Assembly: GCA_018399745.1 (NCBI GenBank)
Contig: JAGYNZ010000005.1
Location: 23,765-87,764 of the forward strand
Source of the DNA: Deltaproteobacteria bacterium
GTDB taxonomy: Bacteria > Desulfobacterota > Dissulfuribacteria > Dissulfuribacterales > UBA3076
DNA: 64,000 nt
Direction: 5' to 3'
Position numbers and translations under genes: made by a program. This document shows, one piece after another, positions 56,298-64,000 of the stretch. The stretch's first letter is position 1; each line of letters starts with the position of its first letter. The notes beneath the pieces are model-generated. The model saw only the letters and a program-made list of their open reading frames with translations. It was not told the origin of the DNA and searched no databases.

Positions 56298-56589
56298 AAT
56301 TGGAAATTGGAAATTAGAAATTGGGGAGAGATGAAACGAGTTTACGAATTGGATGTCTACAAACCGGCAGAAGAGTTATCAGATATGGTCTGGCAGGACT
56401 TTGACAGGTGGAGCATAAAGGTTCATTTGAAGAAACCAAATCATGGTTGCGAAAACTTGTCAGAAGAAAAGTTTTATCTGAGTCAGACGCCACAGAATAC
56501 AAAGCAATAGTCGAAAAACTCGGCCCCAAACTGAACGCGTTCATCAAGAGTACAAAGGCATGAAGGCCAAATTTCCAATTTCCAATTTC
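56296..56589 (+). pseudogene. Internally deleted four-helix-bundle (TIGR02436-like) gene flanked by inverted heptamer arrays
   Basis: (GAAATTR)x4, GGGAGAG, then ATG 56331 MKRVYELDVYKPAEELSDMVWQDFDRWSIK. A frame change follows to GSFEETKSWLRKLVRRKVL...LGPKLNAFIKSTKA* (stop 56561-56563), then (CCAATTT)n. Confidence 0.8.
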
Positions 56590-56598
56590 ACCGTTTCA

Positions 56599-56651
56599 TG
56601 AACGCTTACAAAAAATCCAATCTGCAGCGTCGCTTCAATTTACCAGTCATT
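56599..56651 (-). repeat. Partial inverted copy of the 33607-33730 element
   Basis: Reverse complement AATGACTGGTAAATTGAAGCGACGCTGCAGATTGGATTTTTTG aligns with AGTGACGAGGAAATTGAAGCAACGAAGCAGATGGAGTATTTT. Confidence 0.55.
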
Positions 56652-56957
56652 TTTGTTTGCTGATTATTATATCTAAAATATGTATCTAAATATATATAGT
56701 TTTTCGCAGCTTGTCTAAATTTAGCCGGCACTGGTCAAAATTGAACATATATATTTTTTAATTCCTGGTTAGCCCATATTTTTTCACTATTTATAGTGAC
56801 TGAATCGACGCTCCAATTTTTGTTTTCTCAATCCAGGTCAGAGACTATTAACCTTTTGAGGTTATATATATTTTTGGATTTCAAAATTGTTTCTGAAGGA
56901 TTGTGCTAATAAATACCAATTACATACTATTTAATTTTTTGGTTGCGAAAAGGCGAT

Positions 56958-56973
56958 TGGCATCGGTATTGCT
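56958..56973 (+). promoter_or_regulatory. Candidate sigma54 (-24/-12) promoter
   Basis: TGGCAT-CGGTA-TTGCT matches TGGCAC-N5-TTGCW with exact GG-N10-GC spacing; AT-rich upstream region. Confidence 0.5.
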
Positions 56974-56988
56974 TGTTTATTGGTCATC

Positions 56989-57951
56989 ATGTATCGGATA
57001 TTTTTTCTGATTACTTTAATACTCAGCCTTGTGATAACTTTTGGCAGTAGCCGAGCAGGGCAGAAATCCTTAGCGGAGCAAGAGTCGGTAGAGGCCTTAT
57101 TCCTCCAGTGGGTCAACGAGGCCAGGTCAAATCCATGGGCTGAAGCCGAACGATTAGGTCTTAATGTTACTGAGTTAAGGATGGAGGTTGGTGAGTCAAC
57201 AGCAAATCAATGGGATGAAGGCCTTACACCCCTGAAATGGAACGAAAGGCTTGCTGTGGCTTCGACTTTTCAGGTGCAGGATATGTTGGACAGATGTTAT
57301 TACAGCCATATGAGTCCAGAGGGCCTTGGTCCTGAACAACGTATTCAGTCAGTATTTTATGATGCTATGTTCTTTGGTGAAAGTATGGGGGGTGTGGCCT
57401 TTTTAAAAATTATTTCCGATGAAGAGGCAATTCGAATCATATATGAGGGCCTGTTGATGGATGCCCTGAGGCAGGGTTCGGAAGGAGCGCCGTTATTAGA
57501 TCCCTTTCTGAGGGATATTGGATTGTGTCTTGATGGGGGCCAACTTTTTTTTGAAGATACTTGGTATAATATCTATTTACTAACATGTGATTTGGGCCGA
57601 ACGCAAGAACCTGTTTCTGATGGCAAAGCGGTTCTTTATGGTCACGTATTCAAAGATCAGAACGACAATGGTCGATATGATCAGGGAGAGGGCGTACAGG
57701 GTTCTCTTGTTACAGTCCGTCATTGGCAAATTGTTGATGAAACCGGTTTCATAACGATGATCAAAAACGAAATAGCCAGCGGTCGGGAAGGAGAATATCT
57801 ATTTGAATTGGTGCCTGGGGATTATAGCTTGAATATGAAGCAAGACGGGATGATCATGCTAGAAATTGATAGTCTGCCAATCGATTGTTCGGGATTCCCA
57901 TTACGTGTCGACCTTGTTTGCATGAATGCTTCTGATATAGAGTCGCCATAA
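56989..57951 (+). CDS. Secreted CAP (SCP) domain protein with C-terminal SdrD-B/CnaB-like domain
   Basis: Signal peptide; VNEARSNP, PLKWNERL, DMLDRCYYSHMSPEG, GES; G.VFKDQNDNGRYDQGEG and GEYLFELVPGDY. Confidence 0.75.
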   Translation: MYRIFFLITLILSLVITFGSSRAGQKSLAEQESVEALFLQWVNEARSNPWAEAERLGLNVTELRMEVGESTANQWDEGLTPLKWNERLAVASTFQVQDMLDRCYYSHMSPEGLGPEQRIQSVFYDAMFFGESMGGVAFLKIISDEEAIRIIYEGLLMDALRQGSEGAPLLDPFLRDIGLCLDGGQLFFEDTWYNIYLLTCDLGRTQEPVSDGKAVLYGHVFKDQNDNGRYDQGEGVQGSLVTVRHWQIVDETGFITMIKNEIASGREGEYLFELVPGDYSLNMKQDGMIMLEIDSLPIDCSGFPLRVDLVCMNASDIESP

Positions 57952-58256
57952 TAAAAAATTTTTGAATTACAATCCTTATTATTCCGTATAATTGCGAAGC
58001 AAACAATCTCTTAACTTCCCATTATACAATTAATTTTGAAAGAGAAGACGTGTTTGTTTCGACTCAGCAAATGTCGAAGCCCAAAGACTGGATGGGGGCT
58101 TTTGGACAGCCGGTTGAAACGGGTACGAAAATTGCTTGTATTTTCATCTGTTTGTCTTGGTATATTCATGAGTAAATTCCAAAGTACCGATTTGCAAAAA
58201 CAGGGACACACTATAGCTTAAAATAAAAGCATTATGTCGAAAAAGGGGGATTTAAT

Positions 58257-59867
58257 ATGTCTAATTATTTAGAGAAAAGACTGGATATAGTCAAGAAGCG
58301 AAGAAATATTATGGTTTTGTCGTTGGGCACGATTGTATTGTGGATTTTTTCTTTTATGGCCACATCGGTATCTTTCGCAGAACTCAAACCTTCTGATTAC
58401 ACATCGCTGTTTCAAATTCCTCAGGTTCGAACTTACTGCAGTAATGAAAGCGTAAATTCACAGTGTTCTATCGGGGGCAACGTGAGTTTGGGTACCTGTG
58501 GAGAAGGAGAGTTGGCTGGATATCCATATTGTTGTGCTGAAGCTATGACAGGTTTTAAAAACCTTTACAATTTTTCAGATCCGCGAATTTTCGAGCAGAT
58601 AGATAGCGGAGTAAATTTATGGAGTAATGAAGAGCATTACAGGATTTCAGCAGTAGCACCTTCGAAATCAGGTACAAGTTGGGGTGCATGTGAAGAGCTT
58701 TCTGCTTTTCGTGTATTTGTACCGCCCGGAACGACTCATTTTAATCTCACTCTTTATCTTCAGCGAGATGATGAAATAGGCATGGTTGCGAGGTTTAAGG
58801 AGGTGCCGGAGTGCGAATTTTGTGATTGTGGAGGAGTTGATGAATATGAGAATCTCCCCACGGCCAATGAATGGAGTATAGTTCTTGATGAAGAAACTGC
58901 CAGTAAAAGTACCCAGGAAAAGGCAGTTCTTGCTACCCAGGATGTTTATCAGACGAATATGGGTGGACATATCTCCATTTCTTTTGGATTTTCAGAAGCA
59001 GAGGCACTAACTGAAGAAAGGGCCGGCTGGCTTTTCGTCAGAATGATCCCCTGTAGAGATAATGAGATTTTAAACCTACGACTATCGATTACGGTAAATG
59101 GTGAAAAGTATAAAAGATGGTTTTCAAACGCAGACTGGGATATATGTGGTGATCCTTGGATGACTGGTGCGCCAGAAGATTCAGCCGCGTGCACGCCTTC
59201 GGCACCATCATCAGTATCTCCAACTCAAGGTTCATCAGGTTCCGGCTCATCTTCATCTCCAACTCAAGGTTCATCAGGTTCCGGCTCATCTTCATCTCCA
59301 ACTCAAGGCTCATCAGGTTCCGGCTCAGAGGGAGGTGTCAATAGTAATCCTCTGCTTGAATATTTAAATCGCCCCACTACACCAAACCAGACTAATGATA
59401 CGGTTATCCCTCTGCCCCATGGACAAACGTTCCGAGAATGCGATAGCAGTTGTCAGAATGATAGTAAGGGTGCAAGGGTGATTACAGCGATTGAGGATGA
59501 CAGAATTCGCATGAAGTTTTCATCTCCGCCTTATGAAGGTAAAGTCTACGTATACGCAGTAATGACCGGGATAGATAATGGTCGAACTGTCTATTGGAAT
59601 GATGATGGCGAGCGTGGTTATATTCAAGATTTTTCTGAGGTTACACAATATTGGACAGGAAATGGCAATAGCGCCGAAAACATACACATGGATGATATTA
59701 TGATTTGTGCTATCGGGCTAGGCGGAGAAAAAGTCCAAGTTTTAACGCCTGGAACTTATGTGCTCTGCTGGATGATCGCTACTGAGGGGCCTGAAATCGC
59801 ATCATGTTCAGAAAATGATCCATATGAGCTTCTATGGACTACTATTGAAGTCCCAGAGTGCAGATGA
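58257..59867 (+). CDS. Secreted Cys-rich hypothetical protein with Ser/Gly linker
   Basis: 536-aa ORF with signal-like N-terminus (..VSFA-E), many Cys, acidic composition and an SPTQGSSGSGSSS repeat linker. Confidence 0.75.
   Translation: MSNYLEKRLDIVKKRRNIMVLSLGTIVLWIFSFMATSVSFAELKPSDYTSLFQIPQVRTYCSNESVNSQCSIGGNVSLGTCGEGELAGYPYCCAEAMTGFKNLYNFSDPRIFEQIDSGVNLWSNEEHYRISAVAPSKSGTSWGACEELSAFRVFVPPGTTHFNLTLYLQRDDEIGMVARFKEVPECEFCDCGGVDEYENLPTANEWSIVLDEETASKSTQEKAVLATQDVYQTNMGGHISISFGFSEAEALTEERAGWLFVRMIPCRDNEILNLRLSITVNGEKYKRWFSNADWDICGDPWMTGAPEDSAACTPSAPSSVSPTQGSSGSGSSSSPTQGSSGSGSSSSPTQGSSGSGSEGGVNSNPLLEYLNRPTTPNQTNDTVIPLPHGQTFRECDSSCQNDSKGARVITAIEDDRIRMKFSSPPYEGKVYVYAVMTGIDNGRTVYWNDDGERGYIQDFSEVTQYWTGNGNSAENIHMDDIMICAIGLGGEKVQVLTPGTYVLCWMIATEGPEIASCSENDPYELLWTTIEVPECR
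59216..59327 (+). repeat. 39-bp tandem repeat (about 2.9 copies) encoding SPTQGSSGSGSSS
   Basis: Unit ATCTCCAACTCAAGGTTCATCAGGTTCCGGCTCATCTTC at 59216, 59255 and 59294. Confidence 0.95.
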
Positions 59868-60184
59868 CCTCTTAAATCTATATAAGATTATATTTGGTGA
59901 AGATTAGCCATTAATGGCGGAAATTAACCATTAATAATTAGGACAGTAAAAAAATCGTTTGTAACCTGGTAATAGTGGGAGCTTGGAAAAACTTTTAACT
60001 CACCGTTTTTAAAAGGGAAAATTTTACACTGATGTCAATGGCGGGATATATATTTATACTATAATGCTGGGGGTACAGTAATTGCAGGAATCAATTACTT
60101 CATATAACTAATACATTTTAAATTGATTTGACAGATATATCTAAAGGAGGTTACATAGTAAAAATTTTTGCTATAGAAGTTTTT

Positions 60185-60775
60185 ATGCTTGACATTAAAG
60201 GTTCATGGTGCCAATTGTTGACAGGAAAAGGGTTATTCCTTGGTGGCTCGAGGATAACTAAATTTTCGTCGAGAGTTGCGGAAAGTTTCAATGGAAAGGA
60301 GGTGGTATTAACCATATTGTTGACGGCGTTGATGGTGTCTTGTGCGGCTGCTCCAGATAGAAGGCAAATAATATATGAGCCTGAAATATTTAAAGAGGCC
60401 CCAATGGCTTTGGAGAAGGCGTACTCAGATTACTGGGAGATGAGAGCAAAAAAGCAACATGCGAATGCATATTCAAATGAAGTGCCTGATTTCAGGTCTG
60501 CTATTACACCTGAACAATATTCTAATTATTTAAAATTGTTCGAAAAAGCAAAATTGGCTCAGGTCGAGCCACAAGGTGTAACCTGTCCTGAAGAACACAT
60601 TTGCTTTGTAGAAACTGCATTGACCTATATTCTGAATGACAAGGTATCTGACGTTCGATACATTAGAGACAGCTGGGAGAAGAGGAATGGACAGTGGTTT
60701 CACCGAATACGGAATCCCTTGATTTTCCCCGGCCTTGATAAATGTCGTAAAAAGACAGAAGTTAATAAACAATAA
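60185..60775 (+). CDS. Hypothetical lipoprotein (paralogue of 63415..63876)
   Basis: Hydrophobic stretch ending LMVS-C; YW...AY..E.P..R..I...QY and D.W....W.H shared with 63415; start uncertain (ORF open from 60128). Confidence 0.65.
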   Translation: MLDIKGSWCQLLTGKGLFLGGSRITKFSSRVAESFNGKEVVLTILLTALMVSCAAAPDRRQIIYEPEIFKEAPMALEKAYSDYWEMRAKKQHANAYSNEVPDFRSAITPEQYSNYLKLFEKAKLAQVEPQGVTCPEEHICFVETALTYILNDKVSDVRYIRDSWEKRNGQWFHRIRNPLIFPGLDKCRKKTEVNKQ

Positions 60776-60795
60776 TTTTACAAGGAGGTTCAGTC

Positions 60796-62616
60796 GTGAA
60801 CATAAAGAAATTGGTAGCCTTTGTAAGTGCTATCGCATTGATTTCTCTGACAATGTCGTCGCATGCGTTTGCAAAAAACGCTGATAACCATGCGGGTATA
60901 CTTGGCATGAAAAAGGGAGATGCCATGGTATTTCCTATGTATCTTGCCGCGGATGGATTTAAGACAAATATGGTAGTAATTAATACGGACAATTCTCATG
61001 CCGTAGTTGCTAAGGTGGTAGTAAGAAGCCAGGCATTTTCTACTGAGCTGCGCGACTTTTTCATTTACCTGTCGCCTAATGACGTCTGGAAGGGTGAGCT
61101 GTGCTATGCAAATGGTAATATAGTTGTGCGTAGTGAGGACGCCAGTGTTTGGAATCCAGCTACCGGAGAGTGTGCTACCGCTGCCAATCCTTTTGAATAT
61201 GCACTTGCACCTGTCATATGTGAAGATTTAGACAGTTTAATGTATGGCTACGTAGAGGTTTTCGAGGCAGCCGCTATGAACTGGGCGGCCATAAGAGATA
61301 CGGACCTGGATCACTGTGTGAATATTCGTAATGCTTATGAGGACCTCACTCAAGTAGAGACTGTCAATTGTCTTACAGGCTATGGGGAATACGTTTTCCC
61401 AGGCGATTATGCTGTATTCCCGGCAACTGTTATTGCCGGTTATGCGGTAAATGACAAACTTACCACTGCTAGGGAAACCTTTTGGGGCGATTTTGCTTTA
61501 AACTCAATAACTGAGGTTGAGGCTGTGCTGTCAAAAGATAATCTTGTTTTTCCATATTATAATAACGGGCGCGACATTAGTATTGCCGCGTTGACTTTCC
61601 CGACTAAGCTTACAAGAGTTAATTCCGATTGTGAAGTTATGCAAGTTCGCTCTCCGTTTTTTGTCCAACACGGTGAATTTGGCTCTGTATCAATAGGAGA
61701 TGAACTTATTTCAGATAGTATTCTGGGGATCAAATATAATTATGATGCCTATGACATGAATGAGAAGGCAATTAGTGAGTGCCAGGTATCTCCTTGTATT
61801 AAAGGTAAAAGATTACCATGGGAAGTTAATCTTATTGACCCTGCCAATGATCTTGGTGTAGCCTTTGAAGAAGGCTGGAGCCGTATCAGCTTTGGTACCA
61901 CTACGCAAGGTGCTGATCTCGATCAAAATGACATGAGCTACACAGGAGCTCCTGTTATTGGCATGGTCGTTCATCTTACACACAACGGCATGTCTGTGGA
62001 CCAGATGGCATATGATTGTGGTGAGGTTTACCTGGGAGAAATAGACAAGACTCTATTGAATTGTGTTTATCAGGGCGGCTGTAGGGTCACTGAGGTCACC
62101 TGTCCGACCTGTCCGGTATGCCCGGTATGTGATGCAGACCACTTATGTCTGTGCGAAACTGAGGCCGCATGTGAGGCAGCGGGTGGTAACTGGTGTGATG
62201 GAGTCTGCCAGGCTGAGGAATGTAACGGTAGCCCTGCCCCCACCTGTGGACCAGACAACCTGGATCTATGCACCAATCAGACCGCATGTGAGACAGCAGG
62301 TGGTAATTGGTGTGATGATGACGAAGATGGCGTATTTGGATGCCAGCCTGAGGAATGTAACGGTGGTGGTGGCGGTTTGCCTTCATGTGGACCGGATAAC
62401 CTGAATCTGTGTACCAGTGAGACCACATGTGAGGCAGCAGGTGGCTACTGGTGTCCTGATGAGGTGATCGATTGCCAGCCTGCCGCATGTGGCTCAGGCT
62501 CATCTACAACAATTGGTGAAAAAACTGTAACCTGTGGAACAACTTGCTTTGGTAACTGGACTAATCCCGCTTTTGTGCAGGAGTGCAGTGACTGGCAGGC
62601 AGCTAATTGTCAGTAA
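60796..62616 (+). CDS. Secreted cell-surface (possible S-layer-like) protein with three C-terminal Cys-rich repeats
   Basis: Strong RBS AAGGAGG; Sec signal (..AFA-K); GDAMVFPMY, TNMVVINT and ELRDFFIYLSPNDVW core; three C..DxLxLC....CE.AGG.WC...CQ...C repeats; followed by two hairpins. Confidence 0.75.
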   Translation: MNIKKLVAFVSAIALISLTMSSHAFAKNADNHAGILGMKKGDAMVFPMYLAADGFKTNMVVINTDNSHAVVAKVVVRSQAFSTELRDFFIYLSPNDVWKGELCYANGNIVVRSEDASVWNPATGECATAANPFEYALAPVICEDLDSLMYGYVEVFEAAAMNWAAIRDTDLDHCVNIRNAYEDLTQVETVNCLTGYGEYVFPGDYAVFPATVIAGYAVNDKLTTARETFWGDFALNSITEVEAVLSKDNLVFPYYNNGRDISIAALTFPTKLTRVNSDCEVMQVRSPFFVQHGEFGSVSIGDELISDSILGIKYNYDAYDMNEKAISECQVSPCIKGKRLPWEVNLIDPANDLGVAFEEGWSRISFGTTTQGADLDQNDMSYTGAPVIGMVVHLTHNGMSVDQMAYDCGEVYLGEIDKTLLNCVYQGGCRVTEVTCPTCPVCPVCDADHLCLCETEAACEAAGGNWCDGVCQAEECNGSPAPTCGPDNLDLCTNQTACETAGGNWCDDDEDGVFGCQPEECNGGGGGLPSCGPDNLNLCTSETTCEAAGGYWCPDEVIDCQPAACGSGSSTTIGEKTVTCGTTCFGNWTNPAFVQECSDWQAANCQ

Positions 62617-62630
62617 GTTAGGTTGTCTTT

Positions 62631-62721
62631 GAATGACATCTGCCAATAGTTATGTCATTCAGAACAATGAGAGAAGCAAAATGTAATACACCAGGGCACT
62701 GAATATCACAGTGCCTTGGTG
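62631..62721 (+). terminator. Two hairpins after the surface-protein gene (terminator or mRNA-stabilising stems)
   Basis: GAATGACAT/ATGTCATTC (62631-62660) and CACCAGGGCACTG/CAGTGCCTTGGTG (62689-62721). Confidence 0.55.
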
Positions 62722-62807
62722 ACTTCTGCTAAATTTTTCGTCAAAGAAATGAGAATAACTATGATATTGATATCTGGATTCTGAAAATAAATGGAATTTT
62801 TTATAAG

Positions 62808-63344
62808 GTGAATAATATTCTGCAACAATTGCCACGCATTATCACTGGTGTTTTTTCGCTTACCATATTCATGCTTACATGTTGGTATTATACGGCTTTA
62901 TGTATAAGACATCAGGCGGGGACGAGGCTCATAACAATAGAAAAAGGATTGAATGCAGCGCTTAATAAAGCACTGCCGGGAAGTACCAGGGAGTATATCA
63001 TGCTTCAATTTAAGCCAGAATTGACAAAAGCAGGGCACCGTTTTTTAACAATCCCTGGTTACTGGAAAACAATACATAAAGATTTCCTTGCTGCCGGAAT
63101 GTCTCTTGAAGATATAGGCAACACAATAAAGGCGGTAAGGCTGTATATTGAAGGAGCTCGTTATCATCCCTTATATATGAGTTTTTATCAAGGATTGAAC
63201 GACATTTTTAAAAAAATCGGCTTGCATCAAAGGGCGGCGAGTTGCCGGATAATTTATGACGACATAAAGCAAAGTAAATCGCCTTGTGTTGAGGATTTTG
63301 AAATTTGCCTCGGAAATTCAAATTTTGTACGGAGTAATTTTTAA
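62808..63344 (+). CDS. Hypothetical protein with N-terminal TM helix and possible TPR-like helices
   Basis: 178-aa ORF in AT-rich DNA; hydrophobic N-terminus; AVRLYIEGARYHP helical pattern. Confidence 0.5.
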   Translation: MNNILQQLPRIITGVFSLTIFMLTCWYYTALCIRHQAGTRLITIEKGLNAALNKALPGSTREYIMLQFKPELTKAGHRFLTIPGYWKTIHKDFLAAGMSLEDIGNTIKAVRLYIEGARYHPLYMSFYQGLNDIFKKIGLHQRAASCRIIYDDIKQSKSPCVEDFEICLGNSNFVRSNF

Positions 63345-63414
63345 TTTTATTCTGTATTTTATAATATATGAGTGTTAATATTTTGACACAAAGATTGATA
63401 ATGACTAAATAGCT

Positions 63415-63876
63415 ATGAGCTTTCTGTTTTATATTAAATTATATCATAGACTTACAATAGTAGGGGTTTTGTCTGTTGTCAGTTTAAGCTTATTGCCGGG
63501 ATGTCAGAGACAGGATCAGGGAGAGATATTAAAGGCGAGGGCCCTTGAATATTGGAATCTGGTGAACTCGGAAGATACCATAAAGGCTTATGAATTCGAA
63601 TATCCGGTATACAGGAAGAAAATCTCAGTTAATCAGTATGTTAAACGTTTCTCTCCTTTTAAGCACTATAGGGAGATAAATGTTTCAGATATAAGATTTC
63701 AACCCGGGGAAGAGACTGCAGATGTACGCATGGAGGTCTTATTAGAGATTAATTCACCTGCGGGACAAGGTTCATTTGTTAAAAGAGTTGAATTTACCGA
63801 TCGATGGATAAAAGTAGATAATAATCTTTGGTACCACGTGCCTAAGTCAAGCAAGAAAAAGAGCCACATTTCGTAA
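63415..63876 (+). CDS. Hypothetical lipoprotein (paralogue of 60185..60775)
   Basis: Lipobox LPG-C; LKARALEYW, AYEFEYPVYRKKISVNQY and DRWIKVDNNLWYH. Confidence 0.72.
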   Translation: MSFLFYIKLYHRLTIVGVLSVVSLSLLPGCQRQDQGEILKARALEYWNLVNSEDTIKAYEFEYPVYRKKISVNQYVKRFSPFKHYREINVSDIRFQPGEETADVRMEVLLEINSPAGQGSFVKRVEFTDRWIKVDNNLWYHVPKSSKKKSHIS

Positions 63877-63990
63877 TTATTGCGGAAGGGAGGTGATGTT
63901 GTAGAGCTACAGAGGCTAATGGGAGATGGAAAAATAAATATATTATTATCTTGTGGCACATAACTAAAAAGTATTTTAAGGAGAATTATT

Positions 63991-64000
63991 ATGAAGAAAT
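63991..64000 (+). CDS. Start of a gene truncated by the window edge
   Basis: AAGGAGA followed by ATGAAGAAAT at the window end. Confidence 0.35.

Noticed and set aside
56307..56510. 67-aa ORF as a real gene
   Set aside because: It is a chimera of the repeat arm, the four-helix-bundle N-terminus and an out-of-frame tail.
62095..62616. Multiheme cytochrome or ferredoxin in the Cys-rich tail
   Set aside because: No CxxCH motifs; the protein is Sec-exported and the Cys spacing fits disulfide repeats.

Overview
Bacterial chromosomal window, probably from an anaerobic Desulfobacterota (deltaproteobacterial) lineage, judged from gene content. From 5' to 3' it holds six blocks. (1) The end of a Wood-Ljungdahl acs operon (acsC, acsE), then an FBPase-I homologue that has lost its metal-binding catalytic residues, then a NuoE/NuoF/FdhA (HydABC-type) formate dehydrogenase with an in-frame UGA selenocysteine and SECIS. 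(2) EF-G2, mog and a ychF-like gene. (3) An iron-uptake locus (dtxR/ideR-feoA-orf-feoA-feoB-orf-DUF4198-LbtU-type porin) with TTAG-N6-CTAA boxes and two copies of a covarying antiterminator/terminator RNA element that I cannot assign to a known family. (4) Housekeeping genes: hpt, smsCB/sufCB, nadE, yhaM-like, holB, ricT, metG, selB, a metF-metV fusion and an aminotransferase. (5) A ~21 kb Wzm/Wzt glycan cluster with radical SAM, methyl- and acyltransferases and multidomain glycosyltransferases. (6) An AT-richer cluster of secreted Cys-rich surface proteins and lipoproteins. Scattered through the window are decayed four-helix-bundle elements flanked by inverted heptamer arrays and sitting at stop codons, plus a palindromic MITE-like repeat. 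I saw no rRNA, tRNA, CRISPR array or transposase. All family assignments come from motif recognition by eye; no searches were run.
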